A stretch of 64,000 nucleotides of DNA from Chiloscyllium plagiosum (GCF_004010195.1 NC_057733.1:22460163-22524162); one strand, 5' to 3'; shown: positions 49,701 through 64,000, counted from the first letter of the stretch. Program-made: numbers and translations. Notes: a model not told the origin generated them from the sequence alone.

Positions 49701-50729
49701 TTTCTGACCCTGAGATTGCTGGACTGGGCTCTCCATGGAAACTGCTAATCTGTCCTTGGTCAGACGATTGCATGGCTGAGGCACAGGATCCCTGTGGTGT
49801 AGCTGCAGTCAGCAAACCTCAAGGCTTTGAGGTTTGATGCCTCTCACGTACCTCTCTAGTGTTCCTATTTCTCCTTGCACAAGTTCCAGGTTTGCTGACA
49901 CCAGAGGGCCTCTCCTGCCTGGGATTGAGACACCTGGTCTCCAGCCGTCCTCCAAGTGACAGCAGTCCTTGGCATTTCCTCCCTGGCCAGTGAAGTGGTC
50001 TTCACTTTAATCAACTGACTCAAATATCCCTGTTGTACCAACAAAGATGTCTGTATTTGAGCAGGTGTGGCAGAATGCAGCCTTATGATGCTTTCTCTAG
50101 GACCTCTGAACTCTATTCCTTACAGAAGCTGGAGGCTCTGTCTTTCAGGACAGGCTGCTTGACTGCTGAGACCATGAGCATTCCACTTGTACATGCATGA
50201 CATTAAAAAAAGAGGTGTTGCAGCCAAAGAGTATAGGTTGTATGCAATGAATGACACTGACAGTGGGGTTAATGTAAAAACTGCACTGGAATGAAGAATA
50301 GCATTTACAGTACATGCTTTGCAGAACATGGATGTCTCCATATCCCTATAGCAGTGGTCTCATCTTCTCTTGCAAGTTCCATGATTCTCTCCTTGTAGAG
50401 GATGAGGAGCCTAACATTGGGCGCCTCACTACCCACTTGGATCCTTTCTGCCTTATTGTGAACTGTTTATTCCTGGAATGAGACAAAGACAGTAATTGAC
50501 AGAAATGAAAAGGGGTGGCACATCTGTTAATATTGGAGAAGGTGCTGAGATCTCCTGAGTAAGTAGGCAGTGCATAGAGCATGAAGGGTCAGTAGTATGG
50601 GAGATAGGGGTGGGTAGGAACAAATGAGGGTTGCAACAGTGAGGGTGACAGACCATGATGTGTAGAAGTGTCTCCAGCTGTAGTTCCTGTCCGACCACTT
50701 GACAGATCTGGAGCTGCAGCTGGATTCAC

Positions 50730-52098
50730 TTTGGAGCATCCGCAAGGCTGGGTGAATTGTGGATAACAGGTTCAGTATATTGGTCACACCACAGATAAAA
50801 ATTACTGAGGAAGAAAGGAAATAGGTGATGAACAGACAAAGGAAGAGTAGGAAAGCAAAGCAGGGGTTCCCTGCGGTCATCCCCCTCCAAAACAAGTATA
50901 CTGTTTTGGATACTGTTGGGGCAGATGGCTCACTAGGGGAATGTGGCAGCAGCCAGGTTCATGACACCGTGGCTGACTCTGCTGCACAGGAAGGCAGAAA
51001 AAGGAGTGGAAGAATTATAGTGATGGGGATTCAGTTGTAAGGGAAATAGATATGTGTTTCTGCAACTGCAAACATGAGTCCAGGATGATATGTGCCTCCC
51101 TGCTGCAAGGGTCAAGGCTGTCTCGGAGCAGCTGCAGGACATTCTGGACAGTCAGCCAGCTGTTATGTGCATTTAGGCCCCAATGATATAGGTAAAAAAA
51201 AACAGGAATGAGATCCTACAACCTGAATTTATGGAGTTAGGAGTTAAAAAGTAGGACCTCATAGGTAATAATCTCAGGATTGCTACAAGTGCCATGTGCT
51301 AGCCAGAGTAGGAATGGCAGGAAAGCTAAGATGAATACATGGTTTGACGGATGATGCAAATGGGAGGGACTTAAATTCCTGGGACATTGGTACCGGTTCT
51401 GGGGAAGGTGGGACCAGTCCAAATCAGATGGTCTGCACCTTGGCAGGACTGGAACCAATGTCCTCGGGGGAGTGTTTGCTGGTGCTATTGAGAGAGTTTA
51501 AACTAACATGGCAGGGGAAACCACTGCAGGAAGTCAGAGGGAAGCAAAATGGGGACAGAAACAAAGGACAGTAAGGAGAATACTGAAAGTGGAAGGCAGA
51601 GAAACCAAAGACAACAATCAAAAAGGATCACAATTCACAATGATTCTAAAAGGGCAATAAATGTCAAAAAAAAGAGTCTGAAGGTTCTGTGTCTCAATGC
51701 AAGGAGCACGTGTAGTAAGGTGAATTAATTAATTGCACAAACAGTGATTAATGGATATGATGTAATTGGAATCAGAGAGACTTGGCTCCAGGGTTATTCA
51801 ACTTTCAGGAAAGAGAGACGGTAAGGAAAGGGATGTGGAGTAGCATTGCTGGTTAAGGAGATTTTTGCACAATAGTAAGAGAGGACATTAACTTAGACGA
51901 TGTGGAATCAGTGCAAATGTAGCTGCGGAATACCAATGGTAAAAAAGCGTAGGAGTTGTGTACAGACCACCAGTAGTTGTGATGTTGGGAGACTGTATCA
52001 AACAAGAAATTAGAGATGCATGCAGTAAGGATACAGCAATTATTATGGGTGACTTCAATCTACATATTGTTTGGATTAACCAAACTGGTAGCAATGCA
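50730..52098 (+). mobile_element. CR1 LINE 5' part: ORF1 esterase-like region and ORF2 AP-endonuclease start, cut by the gap
   Basis: IPLQNKYTVLDTV, CLNARS, GVVYRPP and IIMGDFN. Confidence 0.8.
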
Positions 52099-52598
52099 NN
52101 NNNNNNNNNNNNNNNNNNNNNNNNNNNNNNNNNNNNNNNNNNNNNNNNNNNNNNNNNNNNNNNNNNNNNNNNNNNNNNNNNNNNNNNNNNNNNNNNNNNN
52201 NNNNNNNNNNNNNNNNNNNNNNNNNNNNNNNNNNNNNNNNNNNNNNNNNNNNNNNNNNNNNNNNNNNNNNNNNNNNNNNNNNNNNNNNNNNNNNNNNNNN
52301 NNNNNNNNNNNNNNNNNNNNNNNNNNNNNNNNNNNNNNNNNNNNNNNNNNNNNNNNNNNNNNNNNNNNNNNNNNNNNNNNNNNNNNNNNNNNNNNNNNNN
52401 NNNNNNNNNNNNNNNNNNNNNNNNNNNNNNNNNNNNNNNNNNNNNNNNNNNNNNNNNNNNNNNNNNNNNNNNNNNNNNNNNNNNNNNNNNNNNNNNNNNN
52501 NNNNNNNNNNNNNNNNNNNNNNNNNNNNNNNNNNNNNNNNNNNNNNNNNNNNNNNNNNNNNNNNNNNNNNNNNNNNNNNNNNNNNNNNNNNNNNNNNN
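52099..52598. other. Assembly gap (500 N)
   Basis: Direct reading. Confidence 1.
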
Positions 52599-53128
52599 GC
52601 ATAGATTATACCTAAGAAGCTCTTTCACTTGGAGAATAGACTTATAGCAAGTAGCAAATGGCTCAGAAGAAAACTTGAGGTTTGTAGTAAGAGAGCAGTG
52701 GAGGTGTGGAAGTCATTGCCATGAAAGTGGATGTAGAAACTCTGATCACTGTCTTCTTGAAGTAAAACAAACACACCTTGGGTGTGCTTCTGAGACTTGT
52801 GCTGCCAGGACTGTGGACAAATGAACTGCAAAATGTATTCGGGCCAGATTACTTGAGCTTTATGGACCAGATGGATTTTTTTTTTGTTACTTGAGTTTAC
52901 ATGATGGAATTAACAAAAGCTATGGATTTCCTTACTACTGCTAACGAAATTATTCTCTGGATACTATAGCTGTGCTTTGGATTATCTCAACTTTTGAATG
53001 AAAGGTGAAAAGGTGATTTTGAGTCTTGGATGCTGTGCTCTTGAGAAATTTTGAGCTAACAAACAATATGAAATAGCAAGTAGACTTCCATGCCTAATAT
53101 GTAATAGATTTTCTGATTTAATTTCTAG

Positions 53129-53250
53129 GTGGGGCTTGTCTACATGTTTAATTTGATCGTTGGAACAGGAGCACTGACGATGCCACAGGCCTTCGCTGTT
53201 GCTGGCTGGGGCGTGAGCCTTGCTCTCATTATTTTCCTTGCATTTATGAG
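53129..53250 (+). CDS. TMEM104: TMEM104 (SLC38A12) internal exon, VGLVYMFNLIVGTGALTMPQAFAVAGWGVSLALIIFLAFM(S)
   Basis: Nearly identical to the recalled vertebrate TMEM104 N-terminal TM segment. ttctag acceptor and gtacag donor, phase 0-2. Confidence 0.92.
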
Positions 53251-56200
53251 GTACAGTACATATGTTCTACAACAGTTTTTGTTTGAAATGCTTGTCAGCT
53301 GTCCTCAGCAAAAGAGTAAAACCAAAATGATACATCAATATTTCAATTGTCTTTCAGACCTAACCAAGTCTATATCTTAATGTTGGGGATGTGTAGTGTT
53401 GAGGCATTTGTTAATTTAAAAATTTTTTTGGTGTGCATGTCTTGCATGCTCTCATTACAGTTGGACAAAGCTGTCTAGGTTACTATCTCTCTTCACCTTG
53501 GTTTTGTTTTCCATTTTCTCCACTGATCAAGTAATGAGGTCAAGCTTTGTAGAATATTACATGGGTATGCAAAATAATGGTCTAAATTAATCTGATAGCA
53601 AAATGAGTTTGCTGAAAAATGGATCTGAAGAATTCATTGCTCCACTCAATGATGGCATGATCCATAAATACAAGCCTATTTATTTTGTAAGAATAGGGAT
53701 GATTCATTTAACAACTGGTATCCTTTTCAAAGATTATGTACCTGTTTGGAAATATGATCTCATACAAAAATGATACTCAGTTAGTAAAAAGAACAGTAAA
53801 TGATTGTTAATTTCACGAAGCCAACCATAGATTATGGAGCAAATTTGGTTTGTCTAATTCATGTCTTTGCACGCTTCCAAATATTGTGAGAAATATACAC
53901 TCAGATTCATCCTAGATTTCTTGATTTACAGAAACCTATTTTAGTATGCATGTAAAATGGGCAATGTTAATCTTCCTGGTAAATAGACATAAATGTGGTA
54001 GATGTGATATTAAAGTAATTAAGTGATAGTACACACTTGAGGGATGGATAATAGTTGACAACCTAATCAAACGGAGTGGCTAAAGATCCTTGGACTGGAA
54101 AGAGAATGCTGAAAGTAGTTGAGAAAAATGTAGCTGAGGCACTTGTCTGTATTGAAACAAATTGTTCTGAGAAAGGAGTACTGCCCAAGGGCTGGAGCAC
54201 AACTAATTGGTTTATCTATCTCTTTAGAGTGCAAGTTAGTTCTGAGAACATAGTCCCACTAGTGGTGGGAGGAAAGATAGTGTCTTAATTCTTTGCATGA
54301 AGATTTGAAAATAGAATAAGCTGAGCGTATGTTCAAGTAGTGAGCATTGATCTCCAAGGCCAAGTCCTGATTAATGAACTTCATTGACTTGGAGTAGTAA
54401 CAGAAAGGGATAATTACAGGTAATTGTGATTTATTTGGATTTTCAAAATGTTGGCCGTGACACATTGTATTGCAATGTGGGGCAAGTGGCAGTGACCGGC
54501 ATAGTAGTTGTATGCACGATTGAGACAATACAGAAAAGCATTAGACTTGCAAAATGTGTAATTTGCAAACACAAATTATGGCTAACCAAGGTAATTTTTT
54601 TTTTTTTTGGAAGAATAGAGGCCACATCACTTAGAAAATCATCTAAATTGAGTAAAGGAACACAAGACTGATTCATAGCTACACAAATCACTAAACAAGT
54701 AATTCAAATTAATAAGGCCATGGAGAGAATTTTGTTTGAATAAAGTTGAAAATTATGATCAAGTCTGTGCCAGTCAGAAACTAGTAGCTAACTTTTGGAA
54801 AATGCAATTACCACACTTTGCCACAAGCAGGCATCTAACTACTTCAATGTTAGGTTTTCTGCCTCAATGAATTTTGCAGTCCATGAATTAGATCCCCATA
54901 ACCCTCCTTTCTATTTTCCTAATTTCCTCTAAGTCTTTTAATGCCCTGCTATAAATCTATGCCCCTAGTCATTCATGCCTCCATCGAGGGGGAAAAGTCT
55001 ACCTTACCTACCTTATCAATGCCCCTCAGTTTTATACATCTCATTTGTGTTCCTCCTCAATATCTCTAAGGAAGACCATCTCAGTCTGTTGAATCTCTGA
55101 TCATAATTGAAACTCTTTAACCCAGGGTACATCCTGGTAAATCTCTTCTGAAACATTTCCAAGGCTCAGATCCCTACAGTGTGGATTCCAGAACTGCACA
55201 CCTCTGCTCTGGTTTAACCAAAACTTTGTACAGTTACATCATAACTTCACTTAAACTCCTATGCCTTGGCAAATTCCCAAAGCTCCCTTAACCACTTTAA
55301 AGAGATGCCCTGATATCTCAAGGAATTGCATACCAAGGTACCTCTAATCCGCTATGCTTCTCAGGTCCTACCTTTTAATTGTGTGTTCCTTGCCTTGTTT
55401 GTACTGTCTAACATTTATCTGGTTTGATTTTCATTTTTCTACTGAATTGGCCCATCTGACTAGCCTGTCTATATCCTTGAGTAACCTGAAGCTATAAACT
55501 TCATTATATATCGCCGCACCAATTTTTGTACCACTGCAAACTTACTCATCACTCTTACTACTTCTAAGTCTAGAACATTGGTATGAATCACATGAGGCCA
55601 CAGCATCAATGTCAAGTACTGAGTGGTTTGGATAAGAATTAACAAAAGGAGCAGTACGATCATACCTCACCTGCTGCTTTACTACATAGCATTTTGTATT
55701 GAACCCATTTTGATTGTTTGTTTCCCTCAGTACTTGAAAATCTGTTCATTTTCTTCACATATATTTAAGTGCTGATTAGGGAATGAGCATCCACCATTCT
55801 TTTCAGTAGAGATTTCAAAGATCCACAGTGCTTTAATTTCCCATTATTTCTGTCCTAAATGGCTGACCCTTTGAAACTGATGTTGTGCCTTGACCTTCCG
55901 AGTGGGGGACGAATTCTCTCAGCATCTGTGCTATTGAGCCCTATTAAGTTTTTTTTTGTTGGAGATCACCTAATTGACCGAACTGAATGTAGGGCTAGCC
56001 CAATTGATCTGTTCAGGACAGTCTCTTTTTTTACTGGACTGGTTCCTGTCAGCCTTGATTGCACTTGTGGAAAGTGATCCTTTAAGTACAACAAAACTGT
56101 AGAGTGCCTAATTTCTTCCAGTAAGGCTTCTTTACTCTTGTAATTGTATCCCTTTGCACCAGAGATTAATATACCTTGTATTTGGCTACTTACATGTTGT

Positions 56201-56453
56201 CGAACATGTTAACTTTATTCTGTGTACAAGGGCATCCAGGTTCCCCTTCACAGTAATGTCTTTTTAAGAAATAAATCAGCTTTTTGCCACCAGCCAAGCT
56301 GGTAATGTTCTGCTCTTCCTACTGTTTGCCTTGCCATGTGAACAATCCTTAACTGACGTGCTAGATGAAATTTCATTCTTGGCTTGCAGACATAATTAGC
56401 TTTTGAGTATTGCAATATTCAAAAGTTAACTATCAACCTCCTCCCTGAACCTT

Positions 56454-56805
56454 GGGCTTATGGTGGCTCAGTGGTTGGCACTGCTGCCTCACAGCACCAG
56501 GGACTGGGTTCAATTCCAGCTTCAGATAACTGTCTGTGGACTTTGCACACTCACCCCATGTCTGCAAGGGTTTCCTCCGGTGTTCTAGTTTGTGTCCACA
56601 ATTCAAAACTGTTAAGATTGGGTGGATTAGCCATGTTAAATTGCCCATTGTTTTCAGGGATGTCAGTTAGGTGCATGAGTCAGGATAAATGTTGAATAAT
56701 AGGGGAATGGATCCGGGTGGGATACTCTACGGAGGGTCGGTGTGGACTTGGTGGGCTGAAGGGTCTGTTTCCACACTGCAGGGATTTTGTGTTCGATGTT
56801 CTATT
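56454..56805 (+). mobile_element. Older HE1-like V-SINE
   Basis: A and B boxes (tggctcagtgg, ggttcaattcc), diverged V-domain and 3' end. Confidence 0.85.
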
Positions 56806-58759
56806 GAATGCATTTTAAGTGTCTCTGACCCACTTTACTTTCTAGTTGCATTTTAAAAGAATCACCAACAGACTTGTCAGACTTGCTTTTCATCAATCCA
56901 TGTTCTTTCCTCTACTTCCTTACCCACCGCCCAATTTTAGCTCTTTTTCTTGTGTATGAATTGAAGTTCAAAAAATGATTTTTGTTGTTGTAGAGTTTAG
57001 CCATTAAGGCCACAGGACACTACAGTAACTCAAATTTTATTTATTAGAAACAAAGCACAGTGCTGGCTTCAGCAGTTTGCTATGGGTTTTCATTTCCAGT
57101 TCAGCTTTGCGTGCAGATTCAGTGCTGTCTGTCTGGGCTCTCTCCAACAGCACTACTTCATCTGCTTCCAGGATAACTTCATTTTCAAATTTGATGCAAG
57201 CCTTTGTGATTGAAAGTGGCAGTTTATTAACTCTTTCTAAGCCCCCAACCCATAGCATGTTAAATTAAGCAATTGCTTTCTAATGGGTCTGTTAGGTAAA
57301 GCGTGTTGCAAATTCATGTAATGTCTGCATGATCAATTTCTAAATGATTGTTATAATATTTGTCCTGTGCCACTAAACATGTATTGCCTTCACTCTGCAA
57401 TCTCTCTCTGTATCTCTAAGTGAAGCAAAGCTGAGTCAAATGAAGTATTAAAACCCACATGGATTACAGTTGAGCAGAATGAAGTGATTACAAAGTGAAT
57501 GCACTTTGTGATGGAGTAAAGCAAATCAATTATGAAATGTTAGATTTCTACTGATTCTCAACTGATGATGGGTTCACTTGCCCTCACTTATGATTTCCCT
57601 TTTTTCTTTTAGTAGCCCAGTTAGACTTGCTATGTATCTTCATAGATGGGGAATGCACTAAAATCCAAGGAATTATGGAGGCAAAAGAAGTTAGCATGAT
57701 TAGTTAGAATGAAGGTTTTTGAAGGGTCCTGCAGTGAAGGTACCTTGCTGCAATTTGAGAGCTTTGGCGATAGTGGAGTATGATGTATTGGACATTTTGT
57801 CTCCTTGATCAAGGAAAAATATGATTGTCATTGAGGGAATGCAACAAACGTTCTGATGCCTGACAAGTTGTTGTTCAGATGAGATTGGGCCAAAATCCTC
57901 CTTTCAGAAGAATGAAAGGTGATTGAATTCAAGCTTAAAAATATTCTTGGCAGTGTAGATATTGCAAGAACACTTGTCCCTGATGGAGAATTTGGAGAAA
58001 AGATCAGGAACAGTCTTAGAATAAGAGGTATGCCACTTCAGGACTTGGGTGAGGATGATTGTCTTTAATTTCTCTACCCAATCCAGTTCTTGAGGCTCAG
58101 TCATGAAGAATGTTCAGACCACAATGGGCAGATATCTTCAGATAAGGTATCGATGGATATCAATCTCGTGTAGTAAAATGGCATTGGGACGAAAGATGAC
58201 TTTAACTTATTTGAACGTTGCAACAAGCTTGAGGAGCCAAATTGCCTACTTGTGCTCCTAGTTCGTGTTTTCTCAGCATTGCTTATTCTCCTGGCCCTGG
58301 TGCTGTTCTGTGAAATCTCCTTATACTATGCATGCCCTTCCTTTCACCAGTGTGATCCTAGAATCAGACACTACTCCAAGGTCTAACCTGCAATCTAGTG
58401 AGGTTTATTTTGATGTTTTTAGTTCTGCTTAATTAAAAGCAATAGTGTTTTTCTGCTCCTGGTCTCCATGCTTTTTGTTGCAGCAGTGAGTTTGTACCAG
58501 AAGATGGCAGTAGGGTACTGAATTATCCCAGTAATCCTCTTTATAATCTATGTTCAGATGAACTGGATATCATTTCAGGCAAGCCTGTGTTAGGGTTTTA
58601 TGGTTAACTGATTTCTGGCATTGGATTTGTTGTTACTCAGAAGTTAAGAATTATCAATTTGTTCATATGTTGTGAAATTCCACTATCATTTGGAAGCTGC
58701 TGATTCTCATTTTGAAAACCGGTCTTGTATTGAAGGTAAATCGTTCCCTTTTTTGCTAC

Positions 58760-61060
58760 TTCTGGGACATGAATGCTGCTGGCTGGCTTGCATTTCTCAC
58801 CTATCCCGAGTTCTCCTTGAAGGTGGTGATGAGCTGCATTCTTGAATGGCTGCAGTCAGTGCACTATAGGTAACCCACAATGCCATTAAGGAGAGAATTG
58901 AGAATTTTGACTCTGCAACAGTGAAAGATCAGTAATTTATTTTTCCAACTCAGGACGTTGACTAACTTGGAGGGCAGTTTGCAAATGGTGTTTCTAAACA
59001 TCTGCTGCCCTAGTCCTTGGAGGGCAGTGGTCATGTTTGGACGATGCTGTACAAGGATCTTTGAAAATCTGCAGCACATCTTGTGGACAGTATACGCTGC
59101 TAGTACTGAGCTTTGGGATTGGATACTGTGCCAATCGAGCTAGCTGTTTTGTCCTGGATGGTGTCAAGCTTAGTCAGTGTTGGGGCTGTACTCATCCAGG
59201 CAAATGGGGAGTCTTCTTCATACTGACTTGTGCCTTATAGATTGTGGACAAACGATAGGGAGTCAGGACTGTAGTTACTCACCACGGTATTCTTAGCCCT
59301 TGCCTGCTCTTGTAACTATAGTTATGTAGTGGGTCCAGTCGAGTTTCTGGTCAATGGTAACCCCAGGAGGTTAGTGGGGCATTCAGTGATGGCAACATTG
59401 AACATCAAGGGCCAGTGGTCAGGTTGTTTCTTACTGGAGATGGTTATTGCCTGGTATTTGTCGTACAAATGTTACTTGCCACTTGTCAGCCCAAGCCTGG
59501 ATGTTGTCCTAATATTATTGGATTTGAACCTGAACTGCTTCAGTCTGAGATGCAAATGGTGCTGCAAATCTTGCAATAAATGGCAAGCATTCTCGTTTCT
59601 TACTAATGGAGGGGAAAGTCGTTGAAGCAGCTAAAGATACTTGGGTCGAGGGCACTCATGAGGAACCCCTGCAGAGATATCCTGGGGCTGAGATGACTGA
59701 TGTCCAACAACCACAACCATCTTCCAGGTGCCAGGTATGACTCTAACCAGTGGAAAGTTTGCGCCCCCCCCCCCCCAATACTCATTGATTCCAATTTTGA
59801 GGGCTTCTTTATGCTACACTTTGTTGAATGCAACCTTAATGTCAAGAGCTGTCAGTTCACCTTTGGAATTCCACTCTTTTGTCCATGTTTGAACCAAGGC
59901 TGTAATGAGGTCAGGAGCTGTGTGGCCCTACCAGAATCCAGCTGGGGGACGGTGCGCAGTTGTCACCCTGTTTTTAGGGTATGCCTAGTGCTGCTCCTGG
60001 CGAACCATCCTGCATTCTTCTTTGAACTTGTGCTGATGCTTGGCTTGTTGGTAATAGTTGAGTGGGGGATATGCTGGGTCCTGCTTGATTAGTATTGGTG
60101 ATAGCACTTTCCACCACTGTACTGATGATTGGCAGTAGACTGGGGTGGTGATTACGAGTTTTATGTTGTAGTTTTATTCTGCCATTTGGTGAATGGCACG
60201 TACTGGAGTACTTGTCTTCAGTGCTATTTCACAATTTTGTCAAGGTCCATAACCTCTGTAGGATGCAGTGTTTCCAACCATTTTTTTGATATCGGGTGGA
60301 ATTAATTGAAATGGCTGAAGGCTCATCTGTATGATGCAGGGGACCATTGGAGAATGCCGAGATGGATTATCCACTCAACATGTCAGTCTGAAGATTGCTG
60401 TGAATGCTTCAGCCTTATGCACTTTTGTACTTTGGTGTTGGGCTCTCCTATCATTTAAGGATGGGGAAATTTGTGGCTCTTCCTCCTCCTGAGTTTGTCT
60501 TCCACCATTCATGACTAGATGTGGCAGAACTGCAGAGCTGAGATCTGATCTGTTGGTGAGCCCTGTGTTTCAATTGCTGTTTGTTTGACCAGGTTGACAC
60601 ACCATTTTCGGTCTGGTGCTGCTCCTAGCATGTCCTCCTGCACTCTGCATTGCATTGAACCAGGATTGATTTCCCTGGTTTTATGGTAATAATTCAGTTG
60701 GGATATGTTGCGTCATGAGGTTGCAGATTGTGCTGGAGTACAATTGTGCTGCTGTTGATGGTCTTCCATGTCTCGTGGATGTCCAGTCTTGAGTTGCTAG
60801 ATGTATGAAGTCTGTCCCATTTACAACAGTGATAGTGCCATGCCACACAACACAATGGATGGTACTCTGAGGTGAGGCCTTGTGTCCACCAGAATTGTGT
60901 GGTTGTCACTCTGTTACAGACTGATGCATCTGCAGCCATTGGATTGGTAAAGATGAGGTCCAGTATATTTTTCCTTCCTGTTAGCTCCCTCTCCAACTGT
61001 TGCAGACCCAGTCTAGCACATGTGACTTTAGTTCTGTTAATTTCAGGATAGCTCGGAGTG
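58760..61060 (-). mobile_element. Degraded L2/CR1-group LINE
   Basis: Minus-strand remnants TGRKNILDLIFTN, WLESYL and VPQG-like SALDPSIFSCF. Confidence 0.7.
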
Positions 61061-64000
61061 GGCACCAACTCTTATTTTGTCGTGGCTTTCCCCTCTCGCT
61101 GTTGCGATATGAGACCTATCTATCAGACAGCACAAATCAGTGTAATTTTTGTTCACAACTTGTAAGCATTCAACTTGCCTGTTGCCTTGATACTATGGCT
61201 GACAGTTTTGCTTTAGTGAACCTTCTATTTTGGCTGGAGTGAAGATGTTATGTAGAACTGTTGCAGATTCTTTTCTTAATCTGTAACACTGTGCTGGAGA
61301 CAGTTTGGAAAGGAACCGATACTATGTATTTCCACACTTAAACCATTCTCAGTGTGCTGTCCTGAAGTTTGGAATGCCAAAGGCATAGACAAGGAATCTA
61401 AGATGTTTTTTCTTTTGTAAAAGTGGATTAAAATCCACTTGAACTGTTTTTAAACCAGCCATTTACAAGGATGTTGGCATGTTTAGAAAGCAAGGAACTT
61501 TATTCCTAATATGAATTTTGCTGGTGTAGCTGAGTGTCTTAACAATGTGTAATTGCAAACAGGTTGTTTGCAAGTGAAGCTGATTTGGTTTGTGGATTAG
61601 GGACCAAGTATCCATGGCAGTGGTCCCCTGCACATTGTCTGCTTATGTACGCTGTCTCATTTATTCCCTCTGGCTCAGAAAACTGGCAAGTTATTTTCAG
61701 TCCCTGTGTGGGAGATAGAACAAATCCAAAAATTACATCTTAAGATTGTGTTTAGGTAGTTGCTTGGTTGTTCAGGTAAGTTTGCATGAGCTGTGGAAGA
61801 TTTGTACCAGAAGATGGCATTGCAGTCATGAATTCTTCCACTCATGAATTCTTCCAGCTGCTGCCTTTTCAGTGTGATATGGGATTTTATTCAGTTAAAC
61901 ACTCTCTCTAGGCAGGCCTTCAGTAAGGACGCTTGCCAACAGTCTGAGGGGAGAGCCAACAGAAGGTGAGAGGGGGTCTAAAGAGGGTGTACCTGACAGT
62001 GCAACATAAGAGAGGAAAACTAAAAGACTAAGGGAGCAACAGCATGAACAAGGTTGGGGGCTGGTGGGAAAAATCATATTACTGGCAGTTGATGGGCTGT
62101 GTGCTGCCTTGAGGTAGCCAGTTTGCTCTTGTCTTGATCTCTTTAACTGTCTTATTTCAATGCTAGTTAGTTTTGTTAAGCAGGGCTTAGCATGGTGGGC
62201 AGTCTGGTGCACCCTGTTCCCAGCTGATTTGTATTTGACTATCTTAAGCCTTTTGCATTACCTTTAAACGTTTCTGCTAGCCCCTGTGTCATCTTGCACT
62301 AGTTGAGTGATGGGAGTAGAATGTAGCTGTCTTTGTAACAGTCAACCCCAATACTGTCCAGTAGGGAAGTTTTGGCTTTTGTTGAAGGTGTAGAATGTGT
62401 GAATTTGAGGTGTCTATAACAGACCATATTGTATGCAAATATTTTTGTTTTTGTTTTTTTTCCACCTGGCAAGACCTCTGAGGATGGCCCATTGTTGATG
62501 CACCCTAATTTTTAGGGGCAAATAATTCATTGTCTGAATCCTTTTGGCCAATGACCATGGGGTAGCTGCTCCAGGATGTCAGATGACTGTTGTCCCATTG
62601 TTTACTTACACTTGTTAGTATGCATTCCTTGCAAAGACAAAATCTAATTATTTTGAAAAACGTACTCTAGTGTTGTGCTTATGTTTAGTTTGCTCTGGTA
62701 AAGGGCTAGTTAATACTGTAACTGTTTTAAATGAGGTTTTGGGTGGCATAACAACAAGTGCTAACCACCAGATCCTGAAAACATTGTTTTAAAAGGAAGC
62801 CCAATTTCCAACAGTCAATAACCTGGTCAGCAACTGTGGACTTGACTATCTAAGAAAAGATCCAATGCGAAACCTCTTTTGCCAGAAGTTGTTCAAACAA
62901 ATGTTAACTTGCCATTATGTGCAATTGGGTGCAAAACTGTCGTCAAAATGCGCCTGTGAAACCTGGAAAACCCATTTCTGATACCTCAGAACATGCTACA
63001 TAGAGTCAGCCCTACATATGGAAGATCTGCCCCACAGTGGATGGATTTCTGTATGACACCAGCATCCTTCAGGAACAAAGTATTCTGAAGGTGTAGGTTA
63101 ACATGCGCATCAGCTGCGCTAGATGGGCCACTGCGTCAGCATCAGCATATCAAATATTTATTTTCAATATGGAAAAACTAGCCTTGATTAAACTGGTTTC
63201 CAGTTGCACACTGCCACATTTTGTTTCCAAGCAAATAGATTACAAATAACATCTAGTTCATCGTTGAAAAGATCAATGCATGATCAAAATACCCAATTTA
63301 AGGATTCAACTTTTGTGCTAAGCAACTATTGATGGCACAGGTTTATGCAGTGACGATGCAAGTATTGCATTGAAATCAGTAGCTTCCACAGTCAAATACC
63401 ACTTTGTCTGCATGCTACAACTGTGGAGAATTGACCTCTCTGGAGCCACCATGCAATCACCTCTATCTCTCAGTACATATTTAATATTTGAACATCATTC
63501 TGTTTCTTAGTGTCAGCTGGTAAAGAAACTATTGAAGTTTACAGTGCAGGAGACGACAATTGAATTCATTGTCTTGTTTGTTTGAGCAATTCAAAAATAA
63601 TTGGATTACCCTGTATGTTCCTATGTTGAAACTAATCTCAATCTTTTTGGGTGCAACTGGCTCTGCTTCAGTCGTCTTTGTTCTATCAACTGCAACTCCC
63701 TTGACCCTTGGTCATTTATGTTCGCAGTTTCCATTGGCTGCTAACCAGAGCAACTAGTCTTTCTTTAACCAACTGTATCATAGTCTTCAACATGAGTTCT
63801 AAAATCTCGAGCCTCTTGTGGGCCTTTTGATCCATTGCAGGTAGTCCTGACATAACCAGTTCTTTTTTGGAGTCACAGTATCTCATTTCTCATGTCATTT
63901 TGATAAATGTGCACTCCTTTTAACATGAATATTTTGGCTATAATTGGATAGCCATAATTTTGCTTTGTCTTTCAACTATAGTCTAATTGTTTTTGGAATA

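Noticed and set aside
48000-50700. Possible Harbinger/PIF DNA transposon remnant
   Set aside because: Only a compositional impression. I could not read a transposase motif or terminal repeat.
51888-52647. Long ORFs containing X runs
   Set aside because: Artefacts of translating through the N gap.
57077-57268. ORF with FVIE resembling the next TMEM104 exon
   Set aside because: The surrounding residues (MTTTF..EAMAAANA) and suitable splice sites are absent.

Overview
Vertebrate genomic DNA, most likely from a shark (inferred from HE1/V-SINEs, Deu-domain SINEs and dense CR1/L2/Penelope repeats). Four + strand genes can be reconstructed by hand from splice signals and reading phase. (1) The last four coding exons of LLGL2 (451-5051). 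(2) A complete 4-exon secreted avidin-family gene (9155-15783, 157 aa). (3) A complete 6-exon RING/B-box1/B-box2/coiled-coil/PRY-SPRY TRIM gene (23000-41722, about 575 aa). (4) One internal exon of TMEM104 (53129-53250), just after a 500-N gap. Most short ORFs in the supplied track are transposon debris. The most striking non-coding signal is a set of Penelope-derived elements carrying minimal hammerhead-ribozyme cores (CUGANGA...GAAA + palindromic ACGU/AGCU). Several are about 160-220 bp fold-back inserts with 12-16 bp target-site duplications, lying in introns of, or next to, the avidin and TRIM genes. Family assignments rest on recalled motifs, not on database searches.
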